Both the position numbers and the translations under genes were made by a program. A stretch of 64,000 bases of DNA, taken from contig CAWIGG010000002.1 of the NCBI GenBank assembly GCA_963835575.1, forward strand, positions 1,632,001 through 1,696,000. Direction: 5' to 3'. Position 1 is the stretch's first letter. Every line of letters starts with the position of its first letter. Positions 38,996-47,931 of the stretch are shown in pieces. The notes below the pieces were generated by a model. The model was given only the letters and a program-made list of their open reading frames with translations, was not told where the DNA came from and searched no databases. The stretch comes from an uncultured Spirochaetota bacterium. GTDB lineage: Bacteria; Spirochaetota; Brevinematia; Brevinematales; JAOACQ01.

Positions 38996-39177
38996 GGCAG
39001 TTCTAAAACCTTGTGCTGGTTTGATAAACTTGGTTGGTGTACCTGCAGACTGTGTGAAAACTATTTTTCGCCACGTATTTATTGAAGTTACGGAACGAAA
39101 AATATAGAATTACGATGCAAAACACCGACTTTTCACACAGTCTGCTGCCGAACCACACCACAAGTTTTGAAACTGCC
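38996..39177. mobile_element. GGCAGTT-family MITE containing a nested MITE
   Basis: GGCAGTTCTAAAAC (38996) / GTTTTGAAACTGCC (39164-77). Confidence 0.55.
39046..39144. mobile_element. 99-bp MITE with IS1182-like ends
   Basis: Perfect 15-bp TIR CAGACTGTGTGAAAA; 3-bp duplication CTG (39043-45, 39145-47). Confidence 0.75.
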
Positions 39178-39290
39178 CGGGAATATAAAGCTTTAAGTTA
39201 ATGAAAACGACGCTTTCCCTCACTATTTTGCCAGGACACTCAAATAAAGCTCATAAAACGGCGAGAGTTTACAAATTTCAGTAATTCGGC

Positions 39291-39372
39291 GGCAGTTCCT
39301 AAAAATTCATCGGGTATTAAACTTTACCGCTATAATGGATAACATATAAAATCAATGTTTTTTTGGAACTGC
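39291..39372. repeat. Second GGCAGTT-family MITE-like inverted repeat
   Basis: GGCAGTTCCTAAAAA / TTTTTTGGAACTGC. Confidence 0.5.
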
Positions 39373-39667
39373 ACATATTATAAATGATGGGAAAATTTTT
39401 GCAAGGAAAAAAGTATTTCAAAACTTTATAGTTAAATCTGCCCCTGTTGATTTTCTTATTATGTTTATTTGCGTACGCAATATATTTATTCCATTTTCAA
39501 TTCATATTTCAGAAAGATGAGTAAGTCCTTTGAATACTCGGGACGTGTTTAGTAAAATATAACCACTCGGGACTTTTAGAAGAATGGCTGATGTTCATTC
39601 AACTATACTTAAATAACAAAAATCAAAAATAGCTCATGATCTGATAAAGATTTCACTGATTACTTTA

Positions 39668-40558
39668 TCAATTTAAATATGAAAAGAGATAGGAGCTCTC
39701 TTTGTAATTTCTGATCTGATTGATAGCTCCCTGTTCTATCTGTCTGATCCGCTCTTTTGTCAGATTTAATTTTTCGCCGATTGAAGAGAGTGATTGCGGT
39801 TCTTCGCCGTTCAGGCCGAAACGGTATTCTATAATTCTTTTTTCCCTTTCCGGCAGCTTTTTAAGCAGATTTTGAATCATTTCCTTTAATGAAGATTTTA
39901 TTGCCAGATCATCAGGTCTTTTATCATCTTGAGAATCCTGAATGATATCTTCCGATGAACCGTTATCTTCATCATAAAACAAATCTTCAAGAGAGGAATG
40001 AGCCTGAGATATTTCCAGTATTTTTTTTACATCATTTCTATTGATGCAAAGGTGCTCGGCTATGATTTCATCTGAAGGACGCTTGCCGAATTTTTTTGAA
40101 TATTCTTCAATATATTTCCATATATGCATCAACTCATTAGTCCTATTCATTGGAAGCCGTACCATTCTGGATTTTTCTGAAAGGGCTTTCATAATTGACT
40201 GCCTGATCCACCATATCGCATATGATATAAAATGAAAGCCTTTTTTATAATCAAATTTGTCTATAGCTGCAATCAATCCTAAATTTCCTTCACTGATAAG
40301 GTCAGAAAGGGGTATTCCGAATCCCTGATATTTTTTTGCAATGGAAACAACGAAACGCAAATTTGAAACAATAAGCTTTTCCACCGCCTCGCTGTCTCCG
40401 GCGGCAGCCCGTTTTGATAACTCCAATTCCTGATTTCTGGTTAATAAAGGGATTTTATCTATTTCTTTCAAATATAATGATACTGCATTTGTTTTTAAAA
40501 ACTTATCTATTCTGTCATATCTCAATTCAACCTTTTCATTCTTACTTTCTTTTTTCAT
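39668..40558 (-). CDS. RpoS-like alternative sigma70-family factor (no region 1.1)
   Basis: YLKEI..IPLLT, NLRFVVSIAKKY, DLISEGNLGL, FISYAIWWIRQSI, LTKERIRQIE. Confidence 0.9.
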   Translation of the reverse strand: MKKESKNEKVELRYDRIDKFLKTNAVSLYLKEIDKIPLLTRNQELELSKRAAAGDSEAVEKLIVSNLRFVVSIAKKYQGFGIPLSDLISEGNLGLIAAIDKFDYKKGFHFISYAIWWIRQSIMKALSEKSRMVRLPMNRTNELMHIWKYIEEYSKKFGKRPSDEIIAEHLCINRNDVKKILEISQAHSSLEDLFYDEDNGSSEDIIQDSQDDKRPDDLAIKSSLKEMIQNLLKKLPEREKRIIEYRFGLNGEEPQSLSSIGEKLNLTKERIRQIEQGAINQIRNYKESSYLFSYLN

Positions 40559-40589
40559 AAACTGCTCCTTTTTTATCTAAAATACTATA

Positions 40590-40605
40590 AGCAACAAATA
40601 TGCCA
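40590..40605 (-). promoter_or_regulatory. sigma54 (-24/-12) promoter of the RpoS-like gene
   Basis: TGGCAT-ATTTG-TTGCT with exact GG-N10-GC spacing, about 30 nt upstream of the ATG. Confidence 0.75.
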
Positions 40606-40835
40606 TTAAAATATTTAAAATACCCATTGAAATCAATAGAATTATGACTTTTTTATGATATTTATATACAATAATATTTGTATCATAATGACGCAGAAAA
40701 ACCGTTAATATGAAACTAATATGTCAAATTGATTCCTTTATAGATTAAAACTTTTTATATAGCAATGATATCTGCTTGCCTTTTATAACCTAATTATTTA
40801 TATTTAATGTAAATAGAAACAAAAATGGAGATTTT

Positions 40836-41381
40836 ATGAAATACAGTTTAATATTAGGCAATAATTTCGAAGAAATCGAAGCTGTAACAGCTATCGACCT
40901 GCTCCGGAGAGCGGGAGTGACAGTGGATACATATGGTGTCGGTTCAGATTCAATTAAAGGAAGAAGCAATTTAACAGTAAAAACCGACAGGATTTTAAAT
41001 AAATCAAGCGATATCAACACAAGCGAATATGACGGCATACTTTTGCCGGGCGGGCCCGGCGCTCAAGATCTGGCTAAAAACGAAATAATCCTCAAAATTA
41101 TTCAGGATTTCAATAAAGAAAATAAGCTCATTTACGCAATTTGCGCGGCCCCTTTAATACTGGATAAAGCCGGAGTTTTAAAGGATAAAAAGTATACATG
41201 TTATCCGGGAACGGCCGTTACTTCAGGACAGCGACTTGACGAGCGTATTGTAAAAGACGGCAATATTATTACTTCACAGGGCGTCGGAACAGCCCTGGAC
41301 GCGGCAATTAAACTGGTGGAAATAATAGTGTCGCCGGAAGAAGCAAAACAGCAGGCCCTTAAGACTTTGTACCACAACTGA
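40836..41381 (+). CDS. DJ-1/PfpI (ThiJ/YajL) family protein
   Basis: FEEIEAV..IDLLRRAG, LPGG, AICAAP, TCYPG, ITSQG.GT. Confidence 0.92.
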   Translation: MKYSLILGNNFEEIEAVTAIDLLRRAGVTVDTYGVGSDSIKGRSNLTVKTDRILNKSSDINTSEYDGILLPGGPGAQDLAKNEIILKIIQDFNKENKLIYAICAAPLILDKAGVLKDKKYTCYPGTAVTSGQRLDERIVKDGNIITSQGVGTALDAAIKLVEIIVSPEEAKQQALKTLYHN

Positions 41382-41458
41382 AAGAATTCATTTTTTTGTT
41401 TATTTTTACTTTTATTTTTATAATAATTCATCTTAAAAAACAGGAGAGGCTGAATCAA

Positions 41459-41752
41459 ATGGCTCAGATTACAACAGCTGATGTGGAAAAAACCGCCGCA
41501 CTGGCCAAACTGGAATTTTCAGGCGAAGAAAAGAACCGTTTTGTCGATCAGTTTTCAAAAATAATAGGCTTTGTTGAGAAAATCAGCGTGCTTGATACTG
41601 AGAAAATCAATCCAATGACGCATGCGGTTGAAAAGAGTAATGTCGTCAGACCTGATTCTGTACAAGAATCCATGCCGAATAGCGAGATAGAAAAAATATC
41701 GCCTCAATTCGCAGAAGGCAGCATTGTTGTACCCAAGATCATTGAATATTAA
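41459..41752 (+). CDS. gatC: Asp/Glu-tRNA amidotransferase subunit C
   Basis: V..TA.LAKLEF, II.FVE.I..LDT, RPD, VPKII. Confidence 0.9.
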   Translation: MAQITTADVEKTAALAKLEFSGEEKNRFVDQFSKIIGFVEKISVLDTEKINPMTHAVEKSNVVRPDSVQESMPNSEIEKISPQFAEGSIVVPKIIEY

Positions 41753-41761
41753 GGGCTCAGA

Positions 41762-42379
41762 GTGGTAAAAAACACCTTTCCTGATATCTATCAAGAAATC
41801 AGAGTCGGCGACAGCTTCTCTCTGAAAGAATTTCAAAAAAAGATTACTAAAAAACATGTAATAATTGATATGGGCTGCGGCCATGGCGACTTTCTCATTG
41901 AACGGACACAGGAACACCCCGATCATTATTTTGTGGGTATTGAGATATCCAGAAAAAGGGTTTTTAAAACTTCTCATCGTTTATCTAAAAGAAATATTAA
42001 GAATTTCGCAGTTATTGATTCTGAAGGAGAGCTGGCTTTAAAACTCCTTTTTCCCGACAATTCAGTTGATGAAATACACATTAATTTTCCCGATCCCTGG
42101 CTCAGGAAAAGGCAATGGAAAAACAGGATCTTTAAACCTTCTTTTTTAATACAGGCTGTCCGGGTCCTTAAAAGCAACGGTTCCCTTTATTTCGTAACAG
42201 ACGTACGGGAATATGCCGAGCAGGTAGGAACTTTATTATCGGAATTTCCGCTTCTAAAAAATAATTATGATAATTTGATTGAAATAAATATCTATGACGG
42301 CTTCCCAACGCTATTTTATAGAAAAATGAGCCCTCTGAGGGACATCAACTATCTTAATTTTATCAAAACAGATTCATGA
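41762..42379 (+). CDS. trmB: tRNA (guanine-N7)-methyltransferase
   Basis: DMGCGHG, GIE, INFPDPW.RKRQ..NR, FVTD..Y. Confidence 0.9.
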   Translation: MVKNTFPDIYQEIRVGDSFSLKEFQKKITKKHVIIDMGCGHGDFLIERTQEHPDHYFVGIEISRKRVFKTSHRLSKRNIKNFAVIDSEGELALKLLFPDNSVDEIHINFPDPWLRKRQWKNRIFKPSFLIQAVRVLKSNGSLYFVTDVREYAEQVGTLLSEFPLLKNNYDNLIEINIYDGFPTLFYRKMSPLRDINYLNFIKTDS

Positions 42380-42421
42380 AACTTCTATTTTATTTCATAA
42401 CAATATTTTCCGATTATTATA

Positions 42422-43705
42422 GGGCGGTTTGAAAAACCCACGTATCATATACAAATAGTATATAAAAACATATAATCATAGTCAAAGAAAACAGAGGTAA
42501 GGCTATGACAAAAATTAAGCGGAAAGACCGTAACTTGTTTGAATATCAGGAGCGGATGGAAAAGCTAAGCGGCGTAAAAACACCGCTGGATAAGCTTAAC
42601 AGGGTTGTAGACTTTGAGATGTTCCGGCCGCTGTTAACAGAGATTTTGGCGCCGAAAGAGCAGAAGGCGCCGGGCGGAGCGCCACATTATGACTATGTTT
42701 TCATGTTCAAGATACTGATATTCCAGAGGTATTACAATCTTTCCGATGAGCAAGCGGAATTTCAGATCAATGACAGGTTATCCGTTCAGCGATATCTTGG
42801 GATAACACTTTCGGACAAAGTTCCGGACTACAGTAAAATCTGGGAATTCAAGGAAAAACTGATGAAAGCGAAAGCAATAGAGAAACTTTTTAAAATATTC
42901 GATGAGAATCTTGAGAATAAAGGTGTGATAGGGAAAGCGGGCGTTATGGTAGACGCAAGTTTTGTGGATGTTCCCCGGCAGAGGAACAGCCGCGAAGAAA
43001 ACAAGAAAATAAAAGAAGGCGAGGTTCCGGAAGATTGGAAAGATAATACGCATAAGCTTTCCCATAAAGACACGGATGCGCGCTGGATGACCAAGAATAA
43101 AGAGAGGCATTACGGATACAAAAACCATACAAAGGTTGATGTGAAGTCAAAACTTATTCGTTCTTATGTCACGACAGATGCGAGCGTTCACGATTCACAG
43201 GTAGTTGAACCTCTATTGAATGAGAAAGACAAAGGGAAGCCGTTTTACGCGGACAGCGCATATGTTGGCCCAACGGTAGCAGGAATATTAGAAAAATTTG
43301 AGATGAAAAACCGGATTCACGAAAAAGGATACAGAAATAAGCCATTGACGGAGAAGCAGAAAGAAAAAAATAGAAGAAAGAGCCGCATCCGAGTTCGTGT
43401 TGAGCATGTTTTTGGTTTTGTTGAAAATAGTATGAACGGCAGTACAATACGATCGATAGGAAAAGAAAGGGCAGAGAGCCAAATCGGGCTGATGAATCTG
43501 GTTTATAATTTAGCACGGTATGTTGTGGTAAAAGGTCGAATTGCGTCTTGTGCGGCTTAAAATACAGAAGATATGGATAATATTGCCCGTGTTTGGCTGA
43601 ATTTTGGTAATAGAAACAGTTTTTAACCTGTTGGCAGAAATATTTTGAAAATATTTTCTATTATCAGGGAAGTGTTGATAAATTAGGCGGTTTTTAAAAC
43701 CGCCC
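42422..43705 (+). mobile_element. IS5-family element
   Basis: TIR GGGCGGTTTGAAAAACC / GGGCGGTTTTAAAAACC, flanked by TATA on both sides. Confidence 0.92.
42505..43560 (+). CDS. IS5 transposase
   Basis: YNLSDEQAEFQINDRLS, VDASFV, DTDARW.TK, GYKNH, ADSAY, RVRVEHVFG. Confidence 0.95.
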   Translation: MTKIKRKDRNLFEYQERMEKLSGVKTPLDKLNRVVDFEMFRPLLTEILAPKEQKAPGGAPHYDYVFMFKILIFQRYYNLSDEQAEFQINDRLSVQRYLGITLSDKVPDYSKIWEFKEKLMKAKAIEKLFKIFDENLENKGVIGKAGVMVDASFVDVPRQRNSREENKKIKEGEVPEDWKDNTHKLSHKDTDARWMTKNKERHYGYKNHTKVDVKSKLIRSYVTTDASVHDSQVVEPLLNEKDKGKPFYADSAYVGPTVAGILEKFEMKNRIHEKGYRNKPLTEKQKEKNRRKSRIRVRVEHVFGFVENSMNGSTIRSIGKERAESQIGLMNLVYNLARYVVVKGRIASCAA

Positions 43706-43744
43706 TATATATAAATCTGCGTTGTCACATTTGGAGTGAATTTT

Positions 43745-44785
43745 ATGACAAAAAGCGCTTTTTACGCTTTATTGAAATCAATACCGAAATCCGAGCTGCA
43801 CCTGCACGCGGAAGGAATTATCAGTATTGATACCGTAAAAAAATTTCTGAAGAGGAATAAGAAGCCGGGCAGCGGCGAAAAGGTATTGAATAAATTATTC
43901 AGATATAATAGTTTAAAGGAATTTATTCATTCTTTTCTTTTCATTCAGAATTTGTTTGAAAAACCATCCGATTTTGAAGTTCTTTTTGATGATGTGTCAA
44001 AGTACCTGGTCTCAAACGGTATCGCTTACTGCGAATTATTTTTCGCTCCATCCTCTTTTGTACAAAAAGGCTTGGATTTTGAAGATATAATTAATGTAAT
44101 TAGTAAAAATATAGAAGAAATTAAATCCAGACACAATATTATTGTTAAAATCATCATTGATATCTCAAGAACATTCGGGGTCCAGAATGCGGCCAATAAT
44201 TTAAATCTTGTTGAGAAATACCGGAATAAGAATATTATAGGCATTGGCCTGGGAGGCGATGAATTAAAAGGACCGGCGAGAGATTTTAAAGACTTATTTC
44301 AAACAGCCCGGAAAAGCGGTCTTCATACTGTTGCCCATGCCGGAGAGGACGACGGCCCCCACTCCGTCTGGGACGCCCTTCTCATATTAAAGGCTGAAAG
44401 AATCGGCCATGGCATTTCTTCCATCCAGGATGTTAAATTAATAGAATACCTTAAGGAGCATAACATTCCGCTGGAAATGTGCATCACCAGTAATTTATTC
44501 ACAAAAAAAATCGTCAAAAAAATCGAAGACCATCCGGTAAGAAAACTCTATGAAAAAGGCGTATTGGTTACCATCAATACTGATGATCCGACATTTTTTC
44601 ATATCAATATCATTGATGAATACTGGAGTCTCTATACAAAGCTGAACTTTTCTCTCGAAGAAATAAAATGCCTGATTATCAATGGTTTTAAAGCCGCCTT
44701 TTTGAGTGAAAATGAGAAAAAGGATTACATCCGGAAAGTGGAAGCGAAATGGGCGGAATATATTAAAAATACTAAAGCGGGCTGA
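43745..44785 (+). CDS. add: Adenosine deaminase
   Basis: PKSELHLHAEG, GLGGDE, HAGE, ERIGHG, C.TSN, INTDDP. Confidence 0.92.
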   Translation: MTKSAFYALLKSIPKSELHLHAEGIISIDTVKKFLKRNKKPGSGEKVLNKLFRYNSLKEFIHSFLFIQNLFEKPSDFEVLFDDVSKYLVSNGIAYCELFFAPSSFVQKGLDFEDIINVISKNIEEIKSRHNIIVKIIIDISRTFGVQNAANNLNLVEKYRNKNIIGIGLGGDELKGPARDFKDLFQTARKSGLHTVAHAGEDDGPHSVWDALLILKAERIGHGISSIQDVKLIEYLKEHNIPLEMCITSNLFTKKIVKKIEDHPVRKLYEKGVLVTINTDDPTFFHINIIDEYWSLYTKLNFSLEEIKCLIINGFKAAFLSENEKKDYIRKVEAKWAEYIKNTKAG

Positions 44786-44826
44786 AGCCCGCTTTTTCAT
44801 CAGTCTGATTTATCAATCAGATAAAT

Positions 44827-44908
44827 TGGTCGGGGGTGGATTCGAACCACCGAAGGCAATGCCAGCAGATTTACAGTCTGCCCCCTTTGGCCACTCGGGT
44901 ACCCGACC
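44827..44908 (-). tRNA. tRNA-Tyr(GTA)
   Basis: GGTCGGG acceptor, GCAGA-CTGTAAA-TCTGC anticodon arm, long variable arm, GGTTCGAATCC; CCA not encoded. Confidence 0.95.
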
Positions 44909-45019
44909 GTTCAAATTTACAACTGGAATATTCTAAGTAATAACCAATTATTTGTCAAAAAAATACCCTTTTTAATAGACTTTGCTTGATTTCTGTTGTA
45001 AAATATCTACCTCGAAAGC

Positions 45020-45093
45020 GCGCTCATAGCTCAGATGGATAGAGCATCAGATTGCGGATCTGGGGGCCGGAGGTTCGACTCCTCCTGGGCGCA
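45020..45093 (+). tRNA. tRNA-Arg(GCG)
   Basis: GCGCTCA/TGGGCGC acceptor, TCAGA-TTGCGGA-TCTGG anticodon arm, GGTTCGACTCC. Confidence 0.93.
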
Positions 45094-45106
45094 AATTAAA
45101 ATAGTT

Positions 45107-45193
45107 GGAGAGATGCCAGAGCGGTCGATCGGGTCTGACTCGAAATCAGATGTGCAAGCGATTGCACCGGGGGTTCGAATCCCTCTCTCTCCG
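45107..45193 (+). tRNA. tRNA-Ser(CGA)
   Basis: GGAGAGA/TCTCTCC acceptor, TCTGA-CTCGAAA-TCAGA, long variable arm. Confidence 0.95.
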
Positions 45194-45420
45194 ATGGTAC
45201 ACATCCTGTAAATCCTATTAATGCGGGCAATTATAAATCTTAATATAGAGTTGGTGAAATATTCAATGTGATTTTAATTGCCGTTTCTGAGAATTTCTTA
45301 ATAATGACAAAACTTTTGGGGATCAAGGACTTCCGCTTACATTACTTCCGGCATTCCAGCGATTCCTTGTCATTAGAATTATAAATTTCATCTGAAAGAA
45401 AGTTTGGGGAAAAAGGCGAT

Positions 45421-45861
45421 TTATTTTTCGGCTGGTAAAACCACCAGATTTCCCTTCATCCCGAAGTGTCCCATTCCGCAAAATACCGAGCAATGGATAA
45501 GATAACTGCCTTCTGCTTCAGCCTTGAAGGTTATTGTTTCAGTTTTTCCAGGTGACAGTTGACGGTCAATTTTTAATTCCGAAATGCCAAACCCATGCGT
45601 CACATCTAAGCTGGTAACCTCTAACTGCACTTGCTCTCCGCTCATGACAACGATCGGATCCGGTACAAATTCATATTGTTTAGCCTGTACCTTGATTACA
45701 CGGACTCCATCTTTGAGCTCACCGGAAGGTATAAGAGACTTAGTTTCCGTTTTTGTGAGTTTAGTATATCCAGGGGCGCAACTTATTAATACTAAGGCCA
45801 AAAAACTTGCGCTTAGTGTTAATACTAGAAAATTCATTCCCTCTTTTTTTGCTTTTCTCAT
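45421..45861 (-). CDS. Cupredoxin (CuA-type) lipoprotein
   Basis: Lipobox LISC; DVTHGF and CSVFCGMGHFGM ligand set. Confidence 0.85.
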   Translation of the reverse strand: MRKAKKEGMNFLVLTLSASFLALVLISCAPGYTKLTKTETKSLIPSGELKDGVRVIKVQAKQYEFVPDPIVVMSGEQVQLEVTSLDVTHGFGISELKIDRQLSPGKTETITFKAEAEGSYLIHCSVFCGMGHFGMKGNLVVLPAEK

Positions 45862-46275
45862 AATAAAGCCTCCTCAAGTTTATTTAATGTTTACTGACAG
45901 AAATGCTTATCATTCCAACATAATAGGATATAAATTTCAACCGGTAAAAAGGCGACATAATCGCCAATTTCAAGGCAGTTAAGTCAAAGTCCCTGTAAAA
46001 AAAATTACCGATTCTTATAAATTAGCATAAAATCAATTAAATATAGATATTTGAGGACTAATCGTCAAACAGGCTTCCTATATTTGAAAAGACAGGGCCT
46101 GCATCACTCATAGGCCATTACGCCGATTTTCAAATAAGGAAATAAAGATATCGGATAAGATCAAAATAGGCTTGTGAAAAGACTTAAGGCTAATAAAACC
46201 AATGCAAAACTTCGCCCTGATGAACAGAGAGAAAAAATAAAGAGCAGCGTATGGGAATTTGGGGTAATTTAATTT

Positions 46276-47061
46276 TCAACCTTTCTTTTTTTTAAATATT
46301 TTTTTTATCCCGCGGGTAATTATCCGTACAATATGTCTGGGAATAATATAAATAAAAGTAATCGTTACAAGCGCAGTATTAAGCACACTGATGTGAAAAT
46401 TATCTTTAAATCCTTTAAAGTGGCTCACTCTCTCCTCAGCCGGAGGATAATAAACACCAATGGGTACAATTTCCACAGGATAGTCGCGCCATATCCATCT
46501 GACCAGCGATTCCAATTCAAAATCATATTTAACAGTAAAAAAATGGAATTTATTCATTCTTGAAACCGTGTATAATCTATAGCCTGATTGAGAATCCTTA
46601 AGGTCCCGGTTAGTTTCCAATTTCACCCAGAAGTTTGAAAACTTCCTTCCGAAAACACTTTTTTTAGGAATGCTCTGATCCGTCATATCGCGGTTGCCGA
46701 TGATTAAGATATCCTTTCCCGGCTTCACTTTTTCCAGGAATTTCGGGATGTCGGAAGGATAATGCTGGCCGTCAGAATCGAGAGTGATCGCATATTCATA
46801 TCCCAATTCTTCCGCTTTTTTCAGACCCTTTCTTAAGGCGGCGCCCTTGCCCTGGTTTTTTGAAAAAGAAACAACGTCTATTTTATTTTTAAAGCGGTTC
46901 AGAATACTCTCTGTTTTATCTGTACTCCCATCGCTGACAACGATGACATTCCTGGTATATTCCAGTGTTTCAATGATCACTTTCTCGACAGTCTTCTCGT
47001 TATTGTAAGTAGGGATAATTACACAAAAGTTTATGTCAGAATAACTCCTGTTGTTTCTCAT
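46276..47061 (-). CDS. GT2 glycosyltransferase (type found in aryl-polyene clusters)
   Basis: IIPTYNN, VSDGSTD, NQGKG, TLDSDGQH, DSQSGYRLY, ERVSHF. Confidence 0.9.
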   Translation of the reverse strand: MRNNRSYSDINFCVIIPTYNNEKTVEKVIIETLEYTRNVIVVSDGSTDKTESILNRFKNKIDVVSFSKNQGKGAALRKGLKKAEELGYEYAITLDSDGQHYPSDIPKFLEKVKPGKDILIIGNRDMTDQSIPKKSVFGRKFSNFWVKLETNRDLKDSQSGYRLYTVSRMNKFHFFTVKYDFELESLVRWIWRDYPVEIVPIGVYYPPAEERVSHFKGFKDNFHISVLNTALVTITFIYIIPRHIVRIITRGIKKIFKKKKG

Positions 47062-47218
47062 TTACTAGCTTCCCCTTTTTCATAAATTGAGCCTTTGATA
47101 ACGGCAAATCGAAAGGCCTTATTTTCGGGAGTTATTTCAATATTTAAGGGTGGATTTTGAAATTGTATCCTTTATGTCCAAATAAATCCGTGTCACCTGA
47201 ATATTCAGTTTCTTTAAT

Positions 47219-47833
47219 CTATATATTTTTGTCTTTTTTGAGAGCGTCCAGAAATTCCTGAGAATTGACCATTTTCACGGTTTCACATCCTATCTGGTTC
47301 ATGATATCATTAAATGCTTCCACCATAGGGTCGTAAGACACGACGATTCCAAATCCAGTGCTCTTGAAAATCTGCTTTTTATACAGGATAGTGGATCTAT
47401 CGAAAGCAATGAGTTGAATTTCAATGGAACATTCAATCTTGTAACCCATGTATCCGTCACACCAGAATTTCTTAATGAAGATGTCCAGGGATGGCGAGCT
47501 ATTTTCTACGACTAAATAACCACTTTGCGAAAGGGCTTGTTTTATAGTTTTTTTTACTTCCTCAGCGACAGTCGTTCCTTTTTCTGAATTTAAAGACCAG
47601 GGATTGCCGTATCCGCCGCGAACCGTGCCTAATCTTGATGGTTCATTTTTACCGTATTCCACATCACGTGCATCGATCACATTTCTAATCGTAATGTCCC
47701 CGTAATTGCCTCCTTTATCCGAATATTGCGCCCTGGTAAAGGAAATTGCAGGAACACAGCTCAAGAGACACATGCATACTATATCGGCAAACAAGAAAAA
47801 TGCAAATTTAGAGATTGTTTTATATTTTATCAT
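47219..47833 (-). CDS. YajG-like lipoprotein
   Basis: Lipobox LLSC; V.D.R...LGTVRGGYGNP. Confidence 0.5.
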   Translation of the reverse strand: MIKYKTISKFAFFLFADIVCMCLLSCVPAISFTRAQYSDKGGNYGDITIRNVIDARDVEYGKNEPSRLGTVRGGYGNPWSLNSEKGTTVAEEVKKTIKQALSQSGYLVVENSSPSLDIFIKKFWCDGYMGYKIECSIEIQLIAFDRSTILYKKQIFKSTGFGIVVSYDPMVEAFNDIMNQIGCETVKMVNSQEFLDALKKDKNI

Positions 47834-47931
47834 GTTTCATTATCCTATCTAAAAAAACCAAACTGGGAAAATTCTACTTGATTTCTGAAATTAATGCAAA
47901 TAATTATTTAGTTATCAACTATCTTGTTAGA

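Noticed and set aside
39536..39575. Direct repeat ACTCGGGAC x2 downstream of the sigma gene
   Set aside because: Only two 9-nt copies with no supporting context
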